Shown piece by piece: positions 31,711 through 41,680 of a stretch of DNA of 64,000 nt. Origin of the DNA: an uncultured Alphaproteobacteria bacterium (GTDB lineage Bacteria > Pseudomonadota > Alphaproteobacteria > Rhizobiales > Beijerinckiaceae); NCBI GenBank assembly GCA_963813195.1, contig CAWEYC010000039.1, positions 51,579 through 115,578 on the forward strand, in the 5' to 3' direction. The notes under the pieces were generated by a model. It saw nothing but the letters and a program-made list of their open reading frames with translations. It made no database searches and was not told where the DNA came from. The stretch's first letter is position 1; the number at the start of each line of letters is the position of its first letter. Position numbers and translations under genes: made by a program.

Positions 31711-33216
31711 GTAATTGCTCACTCCCCCTGGGAAGATGGCGGTTTTGACGAGATCGGCGCGGTGTTTGACAGGCGAAACGGCGACTGATTCAAGCTTGCG
31801 ATGGATCGCAAGGCGCTTGATTCGCTTGACCGGGAAAGCCTGATCGGCATCATCGCGATGCAGTTCGAGGCGATTGAGCGGTTGACGGCCGAGGTGGCGG
31901 CGTTGCGAGCCGAGAACGCCGAACTTCGGGCCGCAAACGCCGAACTTCGCGGCAAGCTGGACCAGCCTGCCAAGACACCGGATAATTCGAGCCTCCCGCC
32001 GAGCCGGGGACAGAAACCCTCGATCTGGGCCAAGGATCGTCCCAAGCGCGCGCCGCATGCGGGCGCGCACCGGCCCTTGCACCCCAATCCCACGCAGCGG
32101 CGCGAGGTTCTGGCGACGGCCTGTCAGCACTGCGGCGCCGACGTCTCGCGAAGTCCGCAAAAGCCGCGCGAAACCTATGACCGGATCGAGATCCCCGACA
32201 TCAAGCCGGATGTGACGCGGGTAACCTTGCACGGCGGCGTCTGCCCCTGTTGCGCCGGGCGCTTCAAGGCGCAGGCGCCCGAAGGGTTGGAGCCGGGATC
32301 GCCGTTCGGCCCCAACCTGCGCGCCTTCATCGTCTACCTCCGATTCACGCAAGGCGTCGGGTTCGAGCGCCTGTCGGCGCTGATGCGCGATCTCCTCGGC
32401 GTCGACATCAGCGAAGGCGCGATCGTCAATGTCCTCAAGGCGGCGCGGCGCGGCTTTCGGACGGCGAGCGAGGCCATCCGCGCCCGTCTCTTGTCGGGAA
32501 CCGTGATCTGCTCGGACGAAACCGGCTTTCGCGTCGGCAAGAGAAGCTGGTGGCTGTGGGTGTTCCATCACGGCGACGACGCCTATTTCATGAGCCACCC
32601 GCGACGCGGCAAAGTGGCCGTGGAGGAATTCCTCGGCCCCTTTCGACCCGACGCCTGGGTTTCCGACCGCTTCGGCGCCCAAAAAGGCTGGGCGAAAAAC
32701 GATCATCAAATCTGCCTCGCCCATCTGCTTCGCGACACCCAATTCGTCATCGACGAGGGCGACGACGTCTTCGCGCCGGGCTTGCGCCATCTCATCGGCC
32801 GCGCCTGCCGCCTCGGGCGTCGCCGCGAAAGGCTCGCCGACGCCTCGCTCAAAATCTATCGCGCCAAACTCGACGCCGATCTCGACGATCTGCTCCACCT
32901 GGCCCCAAGCCATGCCGCCGGCGTCAAATGGCAGGCCACAATCCAAAAGCTCCGCCCCCATCTCTTCGTCTTCATGGCCAACCGCGCCATTCCGCCAACC
33001 AACAACGGTTCCGAACGCGCCCTGCGGCCCTGCGTCACCTTCCGAAAAATCACCAACGGCTTCCGCTCCCAATGGGCGGCCTATCAATACGCCAATATTC
33101 GATCCGTCATCGAAACCGCTCGCCGGCAATCCATCGGACCCCTCCAAGCCATTCGACAGGCCATCCTCGCCTAACCATCAAACCCAAAAGTCAAGCCCCC
33201 AGGCGTGAGCAATTAC
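31711..33216 (+). mobile_element. IS66-family element (single-ORF, ISBst12-like)
   Basis: Terminal IRs GTAATTGCTCAC at 31711 and reverse complement ending at 33216. No 8-bp TSD is visible. Confidence 0.92.
31801..33174 (+). CDS. IS66 transposase (TnpC)
   Basis: Coiled coil, [10 protein letters not shown], zinc finger (CQHCG...CPCC), [25 protein letters not shown]. Confidence 0.95.
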   Translation: MDRKALDSLDRESLIGIIAMQFEAIERLTAEVAALRAENAELRAANAELRGKLDQPAKTPDNSSLPPSRGQKPSIWAKDRPKRAPHAGAHRPLHPNPTQRREVLATACQHCGADVSRSPQKPRETYDRIEIPDIKPDVTRVTLHGGVCPCCAGRFKAQAPEGLEPGSPFGPNLRAFIVYLRFTQGVGFERLSALMRDLLGVDISEGAIVNVLKAARRGFRTASEAIRARLLSGTVICSDETGFRVGKRSWWLWVFHHGDDAYFMSHPRRGKVAVEEFLGPFRPDAWVSDRFGAQKGWAKNDHQICLAHLLRDTQFVIDEGDDVFAPGLRHLIGRACRLGRRRERLADASLKIYRAKLDADLDDLLHLAPSHAAGVKWQATIQKLRPHLFVFMANRAIPPTNNGSERALRPCVTFRKITNGFRSQWAAYQYANIRSVIETARRQSIGPLQAIRQAILA

Positions 33217-33260
33217 ATTGTTGAGCCCGCCGTTTTACGCCCTTCCGTGAACTCCACCTC

Positions 33261-33343
33261 GTCATCGCGAACGACAGCGAAGCGATCCAGACTAAGCCGC
33301 CGCCAACTCCAAGCCTAGATCGCTTCGCTCTGCTCGCGAGGAC
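33261..33343. repeat. REP-like palindromic element, family A copy 2
   Basis: gtcatcgcgaacgacagcgaagcgatccagact ... ctagatcgcttcgctctgctcgcgaggac. Confidence 0.75.
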
Positions 33344-33594
33344 GACCCTGGGGTTGGGCTCGGCACTGCGGCGGAAGCCTTCGCTGAGGTGCGATTTCAG
33401 ACTACAGCAAATTCTGATTTTCAGGAAGAGAATGCTCGAAATCGGGATCAAGCAAGCTGCCGCGGTGTTTCCCTGTGGGGCGCCTTTTCCGTTGCAGGCC
33501 TCATCGAATTCAGTGAGATTGAGCGCTTCGCTCGGAGCTACGTGAGGGAAGTGAAAGCGCCACGACGCAGGCGCGCGAAAAGGGAGGGGTCACG

Positions 33595-34501
33595 ATGGCG
33601 ATCAAGAACTTCGATGCGGAGACGCTGACGGCGGAAGTGCTGCGGCGGCTGGAAGGCGCCGAAAATCCTCGCGCCAAGGAGGTCCTGTCGAGCCTCGTCC
33701 GACATCTCCACGGCTTTGTCCGCGAGGTCCGGCCGACGCCGGAGGAGTGGATGGCGGGCGTCAAGTTGTTGATCGAGACCGGACAATGGTGCGACGGCGA
33801 GCGCAACGAGTTCATCCTGATGTCGGACACGCTCGGCGTGTCGATGTTGGTCGACTTCCTCAACTACGGCCGCATCGAGGGGTGCACCGAGTTCGACGGT
33901 GCTCGGCCCGTTCTTCGTCGAGGACGCGCCGGAACTCCCGCTGGGCGCCAACATCGCCAAGCCCGGCACGTCCGGCGAGCCTTGTGTGGTCACCGGCAGC
34001 GTTCGCGATCTTGACGGGCGACCGATAGCAGGGGCGCTCCTCGATGTCTGGGAAGGCGACGGCGACGGCTTCTATGACGTGCAGAAGACGGATGGCGTGA
34101 ACCTGCGCGGACGCTTTCGCACCGGCCCCGACGGCGAGTTCTGGCTCAAATGCGTGCGCCCGACGAGCTATCCCGTGCCGACCGACGGCCCGACCGGCCG
34201 GCTGCTCAAATCGGCGGGGCGTCACCCGATGCGGCCGGGGCACCTCCACACCATGCTCGCCGCCCCGGGCTTCGATACGTTGGTGACCCATCTTTTCGTG
34301 CGCGGCGATCGCTACCTCGATTCCGACGCGGTTTTCGGCGTGAAGGAATTGCTGATCGTCGACTTCGATAAGACGAATTCGCCTGAGGAGGCCGCCCGAT
34401 TCGGCATGGAAGCGCCGTTCTGGCGGGCGCACTACGACTTCGTGCTCAAGCCGGCCGCCGCTTCGCCCCGGCGCGAAAAGGTTGCCGTCCTCACCGATTG
34501 A
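33595..34501 (+). pseudogene. Intradiol ring-cleavage dioxygenase (hydroxyquinol/catechol 1,2-type) with a +1 frameshift near 33892
   Basis: RNEFILMSDTLGVS, then TE(S)TVLGPF broken by an extra T. Iron ligands YDVQ, YPVPTDGP and RPGHLH are present. Confidence 0.88.
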
Positions 34502-34830
34502 TCGCTTCCAGCGCCAGTCCCCGCGTGCTCGGGCCGAGGGCGATGGCGACGACGCCGACCGCCATTGCGGCGCCGATGAAGATGGCGACGAAGGGGACGC
34601 CGCCGGCTTCCAGCAGCAGGGCGATCACCAGGCCGGCGAACGCGCCGACGAGCCGGCTCCAGGAATAGACGAAGCCGACCGCGCGGGCGCGGATGCGGGT
34701 GGGGTAGACCTCCGCCTGGTAGCCGTGAAACGCGTAGGACATGATGTTCGAGGCGAGCGTGAAAACGATGCCGAGCGCGATGAGCGCCGCCGCGTCGCTC
34801 GCCTGAGCAAAGAGCGTCATCGCGACGCCC
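34489..34830 (-). repeat. Orphan copy of the last 342 bp of the MFS gene (direct repeat of 37019-37360)
   Basis: Base-by-base comparison gives about 21 mismatches in 342 bp with a 2530-bp offset. It encodes the same C-terminal ~110 aa with 4 substitutions. Confidence 0.95.
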
Positions 34831-34894
34831 GCATTGCGGGAGATCAATGTGTCACTGCCGGCCCGATTTTCCGCCTGCGGCACGTTGCGCGTGG

Positions 34895-36895
34895 TCACGA
34901 GGGCTCAGCTTCGATCTGATCGCCGCCCAGCCCTGGCAAACGCCAGATTTCGCAAGCCGCTAGAGCCATCCCTCTGCCGCGCGCCTCGATTTCGTTTTCG
35001 TCCCACATCGGCTTTTTCGCGAAGTCTCGGGTCATCATGAGAACGGACTGGTCTTCGAATTCTTTTCGCTTAATATCGAACGATTTGTTACTAACTCGGC
35101 TGTTGAATGATTGAGTTACAAGCGTGAGGTTACCAATCGTGTCCTTGAGGCGATTGCGCATTACAATTCGGCCTGAGGGACTGTTGTCTTCTATCTTTGA
35201 GTACTGTGCCTGGCTGAAATCCCAGTCAGACGGGACCAAGCTACCCATCATTGGCCAGTGAGCGCGCCATGCCGATGGCATGATGTGTTCGACAGTAAGG
35301 TCGTCTGGCAAACTCTGCGTTTCCTGAAACCTGCCGCGCTTTCGTTGTTCGATCGTAGATAATAGCGCCCTTGTCTTCGCCGGTCCGAGCGTTGTGTAAA
35401 CCGGCATGCTGACTAGCAAACGAAAAAATTCGTCGTCTTTCGGGAAGCGACCGCTTTCTGACTTTTGATCCAAGAAAAAACTTTGAAATCCACTTTGGGT
35501 CCAACCTGCACGGTCGACATGCGCGATCGCCGAAAGGAATAGATTGTTGTAATTCTTGTTTGTTAGCCCACACACCGCACGCCGCACGATAAAGGATAGC
35601 AAAAAATCGAGCGCATCCTTCTTTTCAGTGTTGGTCAGGTTTTCTGTCGCCCAAAGGCGAAGGATTAGCGGGTTCGCAGTTGTCACATCCCAGAGTTGCA
35701 GGCGGCGGGAAAAATCGGACAGGGCTGAATTTGTCTCTCTCTCGATGAATTCGCGATAGATAGCCCCGTAGGCTTCCAGATCGTTAATTTCGGCTTCGAC
35801 GGTCGGATAACGCGGCTTCGTGCTATTTCTGGGCGGCTTCAGAAACGCCTTGTATTCTGAAAAGAGCTTTGAGATCGTGATCTCGCCCGCGATTTTGCCT
35901 GCGATGAAATTGGCGAGGAAAAACTCGATGCGCTGTTTCTTGTAGCGCCCTTGTTTTTCGAACATCGACCAGAACGGGTCGTCGAATGGCTTCCAGTGCG
36001 CGGAAAACAATTTCTCGGCTTTAGCCGGGCCAATGCTGGAGTCCGCCCTCTGGAATATGTTGTTCCTGATGAGGTCCGCCGCCAAAAGCGGCTCACCGCG
36101 GTCGTTGAGGGTCTCAAAGATGACCTGTGCATCGTCGCCCTCGTCCAAAACGATTTCAACAACTTTGAATTCCTCAAGTAGCGACTGCCAGATCGCGTCG
36201 AGTTTCAGCTCCCGAGGAATCCCGTTCTCGGAACCGGCGCTTGCTTCCACTTCATCAGGGACTTCCTCAAGCTCGGAATGAAGGTCGTCGGTTTCAACTG
36301 AATGCCGAATCCGGTCGTAGAAATAGCCATAGGCGCCGAGGACGTTCGGCACATAACTGTATTCTGCGATCTGGTCTCGCTCCCAGTTCTTATACCAATA
36401 TTCACCGTGCTTTTTCCGAAGCGTCGCGCGTTCCTCGGATAATATAATATCTATGAACATTTCGCGATCGCCCTGCGTCGGCCAGACCTTGAAGATTTCA
36501 ACCTCTGGTTGTTCCATGAGTTGCGGATCGCTGTTCGACACGAATCGCTGGATATTCGACGCAGCGGCCTCATGGTTGATCCTCTGTGCGTAGTGGCGGG
36601 CCGCCGTCAGGAACAACTGGAAGGTCGTCAGCCGCTGCTGTCCATCAACGACTTGGAAGGACGGCACCTGCCTTACGCTGGGCTTGGCGCGGCTTTCCAG
36701 CACAACAGCCCCCATAAAATGTGAGAAGCGCTGAGGACGTTTATCCAAACGCTCAATCGCCTTGGTCCGTACGTCCTGCCAGAACGGTTCCCATTGCTTG
36801 ACCTTCGTCCAGACGTAGCGGCGCTGATAGATCGGTACGCAATAGCGGTTGCGGTTCTGCAGGAGCGTTCCGATTTCGACCGGGCCAGCTTTCAT
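34895..36895 (-). CDS. DUF262-DUF1524 protein (fused GmrSD-like modification-dependent nuclease)
   Basis: VPIYQRRYVW, HFMGAVV, VVDGQQRLTT, IFETLNDRG (DUF262); TVEHIMP and IGNLTLV...N (DUF1524, HNH-like). Visibly lower GC than the flanks. Confidence 0.88.
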   Translation of the reverse strand: MKAGPVEIGTLLQNRNRYCVPIYQRRYVWTKVKQWEPFWQDVRTKAIERLDKRPQRFSHFMGAVVLESRAKPSVRQVPSFQVVDGQQRLTTFQLFLTAARHYAQRINHEAAASNIQRFVSNSDPQLMEQPEVEIFKVWPTQGDREMFIDIILSEERATLRKKHGEYWYKNWERDQIAEYSYVPNVLGAYGYFYDRIRHSVETDDLHSELEEVPDEVEASAGSENGIPRELKLDAIWQSLLEEFKVVEIVLDEGDDAQVIFETLNDRGEPLLAADLIRNNIFQRADSSIGPAKAEKLFSAHWKPFDDPFWSMFEKQGRYKKQRIEFFLANFIAGKIAGEITISKLFSEYKAFLKPPRNSTKPRYPTVEAEINDLEAYGAIYREFIERETNSALSDFSRRLQLWDVTTANPLILRLWATENLTNTEKKDALDFLLSFIVRRAVCGLTNKNYNNLFLSAIAHVDRAGWTQSGFQSFFLDQKSESGRFPKDDEFFRLLVSMPVYTTLGPAKTRALLSTIEQRKRGRFQETQSLPDDLTVEHIMPSAWRAHWPMMGSLVPSDWDFSQAQYSKIEDNSPSGRIVMRNRLKDTIGNLTLVTQSFNSRVSNKSFDIKRKEFEDQSVLMMTRDFAKKPMWDENEIEARGRGMALAACEIWRLPGLGGDQIEAEPS

Positions 36896-37020
36896 ACACT
36901 ACCTCCCCACTTTGGTTGCGTTATTCCCTAAGATGTCAATGGCTTCCACCGCAGTACTGCAGACCATGGGCGGGAACCAAACGTCGGATTCTCACCACTA
37001 GCGCGATTGCGCCCAAGCCC

Positions 37021-38439
37021 TCACCGATTGATCGCCTCCAGCGCCAGCCCACGCGTGCTCGGACCGAGGGCGATGGCGGCGACGCCGACCGCCATTGCGG
37101 CGCCGATGAAGATCGCGACGAAGGGAACGCCGCCGGCTTCCAGCAGCAGGGCGATCACCAGGCCGGCGAAAGCGCCGACCAGGCGGCTCCAGGAATAGAC
37201 GAAGCCGATCGCGCGGGCGCGAATGCGGGTGGGGTAGACCTCCGCCTGATACCCGTGAAACGCGAAGGACATGATGTTCGAGGCGAGCGTGAAGACGATG
37301 CCGAGCGCGATGAGCGCCGCGCCGTCGCTCGCTTGAGCGAACAGCGTCATCGCGACGCCCATCGTGACGAGCGCGGCAATGATCTGCGTCTTGCGTTCGA
37401 TGCGGTCGGCGAACAGCGCGCCGACGAGCGGCCCGAACGGGCTGGCGATGGCGATGATGAAGGAATATTCGAGGCTCGTCGTGATGTTCACGCCGCGATG
37501 CATCAGGAGGGTCGGAACCCAGGCGGCGAAACCGTAGAAGCCGATGACCTGCGCGGCGTTGAAGATCGACAGGATGATGGTGCGATTGAGATAGGGCGGG
37601 GCGAAGGCTTCGGCGAGCGATCCCGCGCCCGAAAAGTCTTCGGGGGCGGCCGGCTTCGGGGGCGCGAGCGCCGCGCCGCTCTCTGTCGCGACTTGGCGTT
37701 CGAGGTCGGCGACGATCGCCAGCGCTTCGTCCCCTTTGCCGTGACGCGCGAGCCAGCGCGGGCTCTCCGGCAAGCCGCGACGGAGGAACCAGACGATCAG
37801 CGCGCCGGCCGAGCCAATGAGAATGATCGCGCGCCAATAGTCGAGGCCGATGGGCGAACTCCCCTTCAGGCCCCAGGCGAGCAGCGCGCAGGCGGGCACA
37901 GCGAGAAACGTGATGACCTGATTGAAGCAAAAGGCGCGTCCGCGCGCCTCGCGGGGGACCAGTTCGGAAATGTAGGCGTCGATCGTCACGAGTTCGACGC
38001 CGATGCCGATCCCGGCGATGAAGCGCCAGAGGACGAGATCGAAGCCGTTGGTCTGAAACGCCATGATGGCGGTGGTGACGGAGTACCAGATCAGCGATCC
38101 CGTGAACACGGCGCGGCGCCCGAACCGGTCGGCGACTTGGCCAAACGCCAGCGTTCCCACCCAAAGCCCGGCGAAGGTCGCGAACACGAAGACGCCGAAG
38201 CCCGCGACCTTCAAGACGGCCAGCGAGGCGAATATGCCGAGCGAATCCGGTTTGAACAGCCCGGACGCGACCATGCCGGGCGCGACATAGCCGGTGAAGA
38301 ACAAATCGTAATATTCGAAAAACCCGCCCAGCGAGATGAGCAGAACGAGGCGCCAGACGGCGCGCGTCGTCGGCAGCCGGTCGAGCCGCGCGGCGACTTC
38401 GGCATATTTCTGGGCCTGGGCGTTGAGCTGGACTTGCAT
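37021..38439 (-). CDS. MFS transporter (aromatic acid/sugar porter-like)
   Basis: [36 protein letters not shown] motifs. Confidence 0.92.
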   Translation of the reverse strand: MQVQLNAQAQKYAEVAARLDRLPTTRAVWRLVLLISLGGFFEYYDLFFTGYVAPGMVASGLFKPDSLGIFASLAVLKVAGFGVFVFATFAGLWVGTLAFGQVADRFGRRAVFTGSLIWYSVTTAIMAFQTNGFDLVLWRFIAGIGIGVELVTIDAYISELVPREARGRAFCFNQVITFLAVPACALLAWGLKGSSPIGLDYWRAIILIGSAGALIVWFLRRGLPESPRWLARHGKGDEALAIVADLERQVATESGAALAPPKPAAPEDFSGAGSLAEAFAPPYLNRTIILSIFNAAQVIGFYGFAAWVPTLLMHRGVNITTSLEYSFIIAIASPFGPLVGALFADRIERKTQIIAALVTMGVAMTLFAQASDGAALIALGIVFTLASNIMSFAFHGYQAEVYPTRIRARAIGFVYSWSRLVGAFAGLVIALLLEAGGVPFVAIFIGAAMAVGVAAIALGPSTRGLALEAINR

Positions 38440-38635
38440 TCGATCCCCCCGGAGACCCCCGGCGCTGTGCGAGGGACTGTTGCTTCGCCGGCTTTACCCG
38501 CGATTCGCCACGGGCCGGACGGCGTTCTCGCGCTTCTTAGCGCGTTCCCGTATATGCTGCAACTCGGCGACGCGTGTCGCCTGGATTTTTCGTCGGCGGC
38601 TGCGCGCCGGCCCGGCGTTGGGGAGGACATATGTC

Positions 38636-39085
38636 GTGAGCCACATCGTCTATGTCCTGAACGGGCCGAACCTCAACCTGCTCGGCAAGCGCCAGCCCGC
38701 GATCTACGGGCATGAGACGCTGGCCGACGTCGAGGCCTCGTGCCGGAGCGCCGGGGCCGAATTGCAGCTCGAAATCGAGTTCCGCCAGAGCAACCGCGAA
38801 TATGAGATCATCGACTGGATTCACGAGGCGCGCGAGAGGGCTGTCGGGATCGTCATCAATCCCGCCGCTTTCACCCACACCTCGGTCGCCATCCTCGACG
38901 CGCTCAATGCCTTCGAGGGACCGATCATCGAGGTCCATATCTCGAACATCCACAAACGCGAGCCGTTCCGCCATCATTCCTACGTCTCAGGCGTAGCGTC
39001 GGGCGTGATCGCCGGCTTCGGCGTCCAGGGCTATGCGCTGGCGTTGCAGCATATGGCGCGGCTGATTGGTGAGACGAAGGCGTAA
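38636..39085 (+). CDS. aroQ: Type II 3-dehydroquinate dehydratase
   Basis: [55 protein letters not shown] start after GGAGG. Confidence 0.95.
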   Translation: MSHIVYVLNGPNLNLLGKRQPAIYGHETLADVEASCRSAGAELQLEIEFRQSNREYEIIDWIHEARERAVGIVINPAAFTHTSVAILDALNAFEGPIIEVHISNIHKREPFRHHSYVSGVASGVIAGFGVQGYALALQHMARLIGETKA

Positions 39086-39102
39086 GCTGCGTCGCGCGGT
39101 TG

Positions 39103-39174
39103 CCCTCATCCGGCGCTTCGCGCCACCTCTCGGCGAACGAGACGTTCGCCTGACACCCGCAAGCGGGAGAAGGG
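39103..39174. repeat. Intergenic palindromic repeat, family B copy 1
   Basis: ccctcatccggcgcttcgcgccacctctcggcgaacgagacgttcgcctgacacccgcaagcgggagaagg; the core is shared in inverted orientation with 49958-50032. Confidence 0.7.
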
Positions 39175-39218
39175 TTGGGGTGAGGGCGCGGCGATGAGCC
39201 GCTAGCGAGCAGAAATCC

Positions 39219-40475
39219 TCACGCCCACTCGCCCTTGCGGAAGACCGGCGCGCGGCTGCCGTCGGCGTGAACGCCGTCGATGTCGATCTTGTCCGAACCG
39301 ATCATCCAGTCGATGTGGATGAGGCTCTTGTTGCCGCCTTGCGCGGCGATCTCATCGGGCGTCAGCTTCGCGCCTTCGAGGAAGCATTTCGAATAGCATT
39401 GGCCGAGCGCGATGTGGCAAGCGGCGTTCTCGTCGAACAGCGTATTGAAGAACAGCAATCCGCTCTTCGAAATCGGCGAGGAATGCGGCACCAGGGCCAC
39501 CTCGCCCAGGCGGCGGGCGCCCTCGTCGGTATCCAGCACTTTGTTCAGCACCTCCTCGCCGCGCGCGGCTTTCGCTTCGACGATGCGTCCTCCCTCGAAT
39601 CGCACCGCGATTTCGTCGATCAGGGTGCCCTGGTAGGAGAGCGGCTTAGTGCTGACGACACGGCCTTCGACGCGTAGCGCGTGCGGTGTGGTGAAGACCT
39701 CCTCGGTCGGGATATTCGGGTTGCAGATGACGCCGTTCTTGGCGACCGAAGCGCCGCCCTGCCATTCGTGCCCATCGGCAAGACCGATCGTCAGGTCCGT
39801 GCCGGGGCCGGAATAATGCAGCGCGCGGAACCTGTGCCGATTTAGCATTTCGGTCCGGCTGCGCAGCACGGCGTTATGCGCCGTCCAAGCCGCGACCGGA
39901 TCGTCGTTGTCGACGCGCGAGGCGGCGAAGATCGCATCGGCGAGCTTGGCGACCGCGACGGGCTCCTCGTCGCCGGGAAAGACCTGCCTGGCCCATGAAG
40001 CGTTGGGATAGGCGACGAGGTTCCAGTTGATGTCGAAGCCGGCGATTTTTTCCAACGCCGGCTGATAGGCGATCGAATTGGCCCGGTTGGCGCGCGCGAC
40101 CTTCGCGGGGTCCTCGGCGGAAAGCAGCATCGGATTGTCCCCGACGACCCCCAGCCGCGCCGCGCCGCCGGCGAAGGCCTTGGCGACGCCGTCATAGAGC
40201 CAGCCCGGGGCGCGATCGAAGCTCTCGTCCCGCGCGAAGCGAAAACGCGAAAGGGTGATCTCTTCGTCGGAGAGGATCGGGGTGACGAGGCCCGCGCCCG
40301 CCTTATAGGCATGTTCGACGATCCGCCGCACCAACGGCAGCGCCGCGACCGGCGCGGTCAGGAACAGATCCTGCCCCGGCTGGAGGCACACCCCGACCTT
40401 GACGGCCACCTCGGCCAGCCTGTCGAGTTTCACGGGGTCAATCGATGCGGAGAGGTTGCGCTGATGCGTTGTCAT
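39219..40475 (-). CDS. Aminopeptidase T/II (peptidase M29)
   Basis: NIPTEEVFTTP, LGEVALV, LFDENAACHIALG, HIDWMIG. Confidence 0.93.
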   Translation of the reverse strand: MTTHQRNLSASIDPVKLDRLAEVAVKVGVCLQPGQDLFLTAPVAALPLVRRIVEHAYKAGAGLVTPILSDEEITLSRFRFARDESFDRAPGWLYDGVAKAFAGGAARLGVVGDNPMLLSAEDPAKVARANRANSIAYQPALEKIAGFDINWNLVAYPNASWARQVFPGDEEPVAVAKLADAIFAASRVDNDDPVAAWTAHNAVLRSRTEMLNRHRFRALHYSGPGTDLTIGLADGHEWQGGASVAKNGVICNPNIPTEEVFTTPHALRVEGRVVSTKPLSYQGTLIDEIAVRFEGGRIVEAKAARGEEVLNKVLDTDEGARRLGEVALVPHSSPISKSGLLFFNTLFDENAACHIALGQCYSKCFLEGAKLTPDEIAAQGGNKSLIHIDWMIGSDKIDIDGVHADGSRAPVFRKGEWA

Positions 40476-40538
40476 AGGGCTCGTCCTGGAACGGTGTCGG
40501 TCAGGCATACATAGCTCGTGTTGCGCTTCATTCCAGCC

Positions 40539-40623
40539 GTCATCGCGAGCAAAGCGAAGCGATCCAGACTTAGGGTCTGGGGCGCCGGCTTAGTCTGGAT
40601 CGCTTCGCTTTGCTCGCGATGAC
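40539..40623. repeat. REP-like palindromic element, family A copy 3
   Basis: Perfect 32-bp arms gtcatcgcgagcaaagcgaagcgatccagact / agtctggatcgcttcgctttgctcgcgatgac. Confidence 0.85.
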
Positions 40624-40676
40624 GGGGGAGGCTGGCTGGCGGTGGTCGAGTGGCCAGCGCGAGATCGGCAGGGAGC

Positions 40677-40816
40677 GCCGTCGACCTCATGGAAGCCTCT
40701 TCTTTCCGAAGTTTTGAGGCTGTCAATGGCGCGCCTTTCGCGCGCCGCCTCCGGCGGTCGAAGACCATTGACAGCCTCAAAACTTCGGAAGTTCATGCTT
40801 CCATGAGGTCGACGGC
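40677..40816. repeat. 140-bp long palindrome (52-bp arms)
   Basis: Arms 40677-40728 and 40765-40816 are reverse complements except for one ~6-nt internal mismatch. Confidence 0.9.
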
Positions 40817-41182
40817 TTGGTGTGTGACGGGAGGGTCGGCCCGAGGTGAAAATGTCGGGAGTCGCCTGTCGGACCGTGGAATTGCGCATTCGTATCCTGT
40901 CACGGTACCCCGACTAGATGAGCCTTCGGAATAGCCAAGTGCGCCGCTTCTCGCGACCCAGCGCTTTAACGCTGAGATTGATAATTACTGAGGCACGAAT
41001 TACGTTGGGTAGGGCTTGTTTTCTTCCTTTCTCGCTCGGGTAGCGGAGACAGTTGCCAAGGATCGAGCCGGCCGGGTCGCTTTGAGGAGATGCTGTTGCG
41101 AAAGCAATTGCCCGTTGCGCTGATTTTCTCTCACCCTCATATGTACTGCCGCCGGTGAATTAATTTTTTTCGGAGGGGACTT

Positions 41183-41680
41183 GTGAAAGACAAAGAATTG
41201 CGAGGCCTCGTTCTTGAGAGGTTTTATGCGCTCCGGAATAGCGGTGATCCCGTTCAACTAGCGCAGATCGTTTCCGTCGCTCCCAACGACTTAGTCCAGC
41301 TTACAAATGTCTGTGACCAATTAGCAGAGTACGGATTGATCGAATGGAACCCGCTCAAGTCGTTAGCCGGCGTCATCGGAGGGATTGGCCGGATTACGGC
41401 ACGAGGCGTTGACGTTGTTGACGGTGACGTTTCATCCCCCATCACCGTGACCCTTCACGATCATAGCATTACGGTGTCGGGATCTACGAACGTTCAGATT
41501 GGAAACGCCAACTCAATTCAAAATGTCGACATTTCGAAGGTGATGGAAGCGATTGATCGATCGACTGCCTCACCGGAGCAAAAGGAAGAGGCGAAGTCTC
41601 TATGGGCAAGGCTTACTAACAATGCGGCCTTCGCCGCGATTGTCGGAGCGGTGGTAACGTTAGCTGGCACGGCTCATTAG
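41183..41680 (+). CDS. Orphan low-GC protein: wHTH-like N-terminus, RHIM-like NVQIG motif, helical C-terminus
   Basis: GTG start after GGAGG, 165 aa, DQLAEYGLIEW...RITARGVD then ITVSGSTNVQIGNANSIQN. Confidence 0.75.
   Translation: MKDKELRGLVLERFYALRNSGDPVQLAQIVSVAPNDLVQLTNVCDQLAEYGLIEWNPLKSLAGVIGGIGRITARGVDVVDGDVSSPITVTLHDHSITVSGSTNVQIGNANSIQNVDISKVMEAIDRSTASPEQKEEAKSLWARLTNNAAFAAIVGAVVTLAGTAH

Noticed and set aside
31177-33147. 656-aa ORF apparently fusing IS66 antisense sequence to the glutaminase N-terminus
   Set aside because: The first ~530 aa are the antisense of the transposase; glsA has its own TTG start and RBS at 31563.
36916-38715. 599-aa plus-strand ORF
   Set aside because: Antisense to the MFS gene.
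30520-40816. CRISPR array from the palindromic repeats
   Set aside because: Copies are kilobases apart with no regular repeat-spacer pattern, and no cas genes are present.
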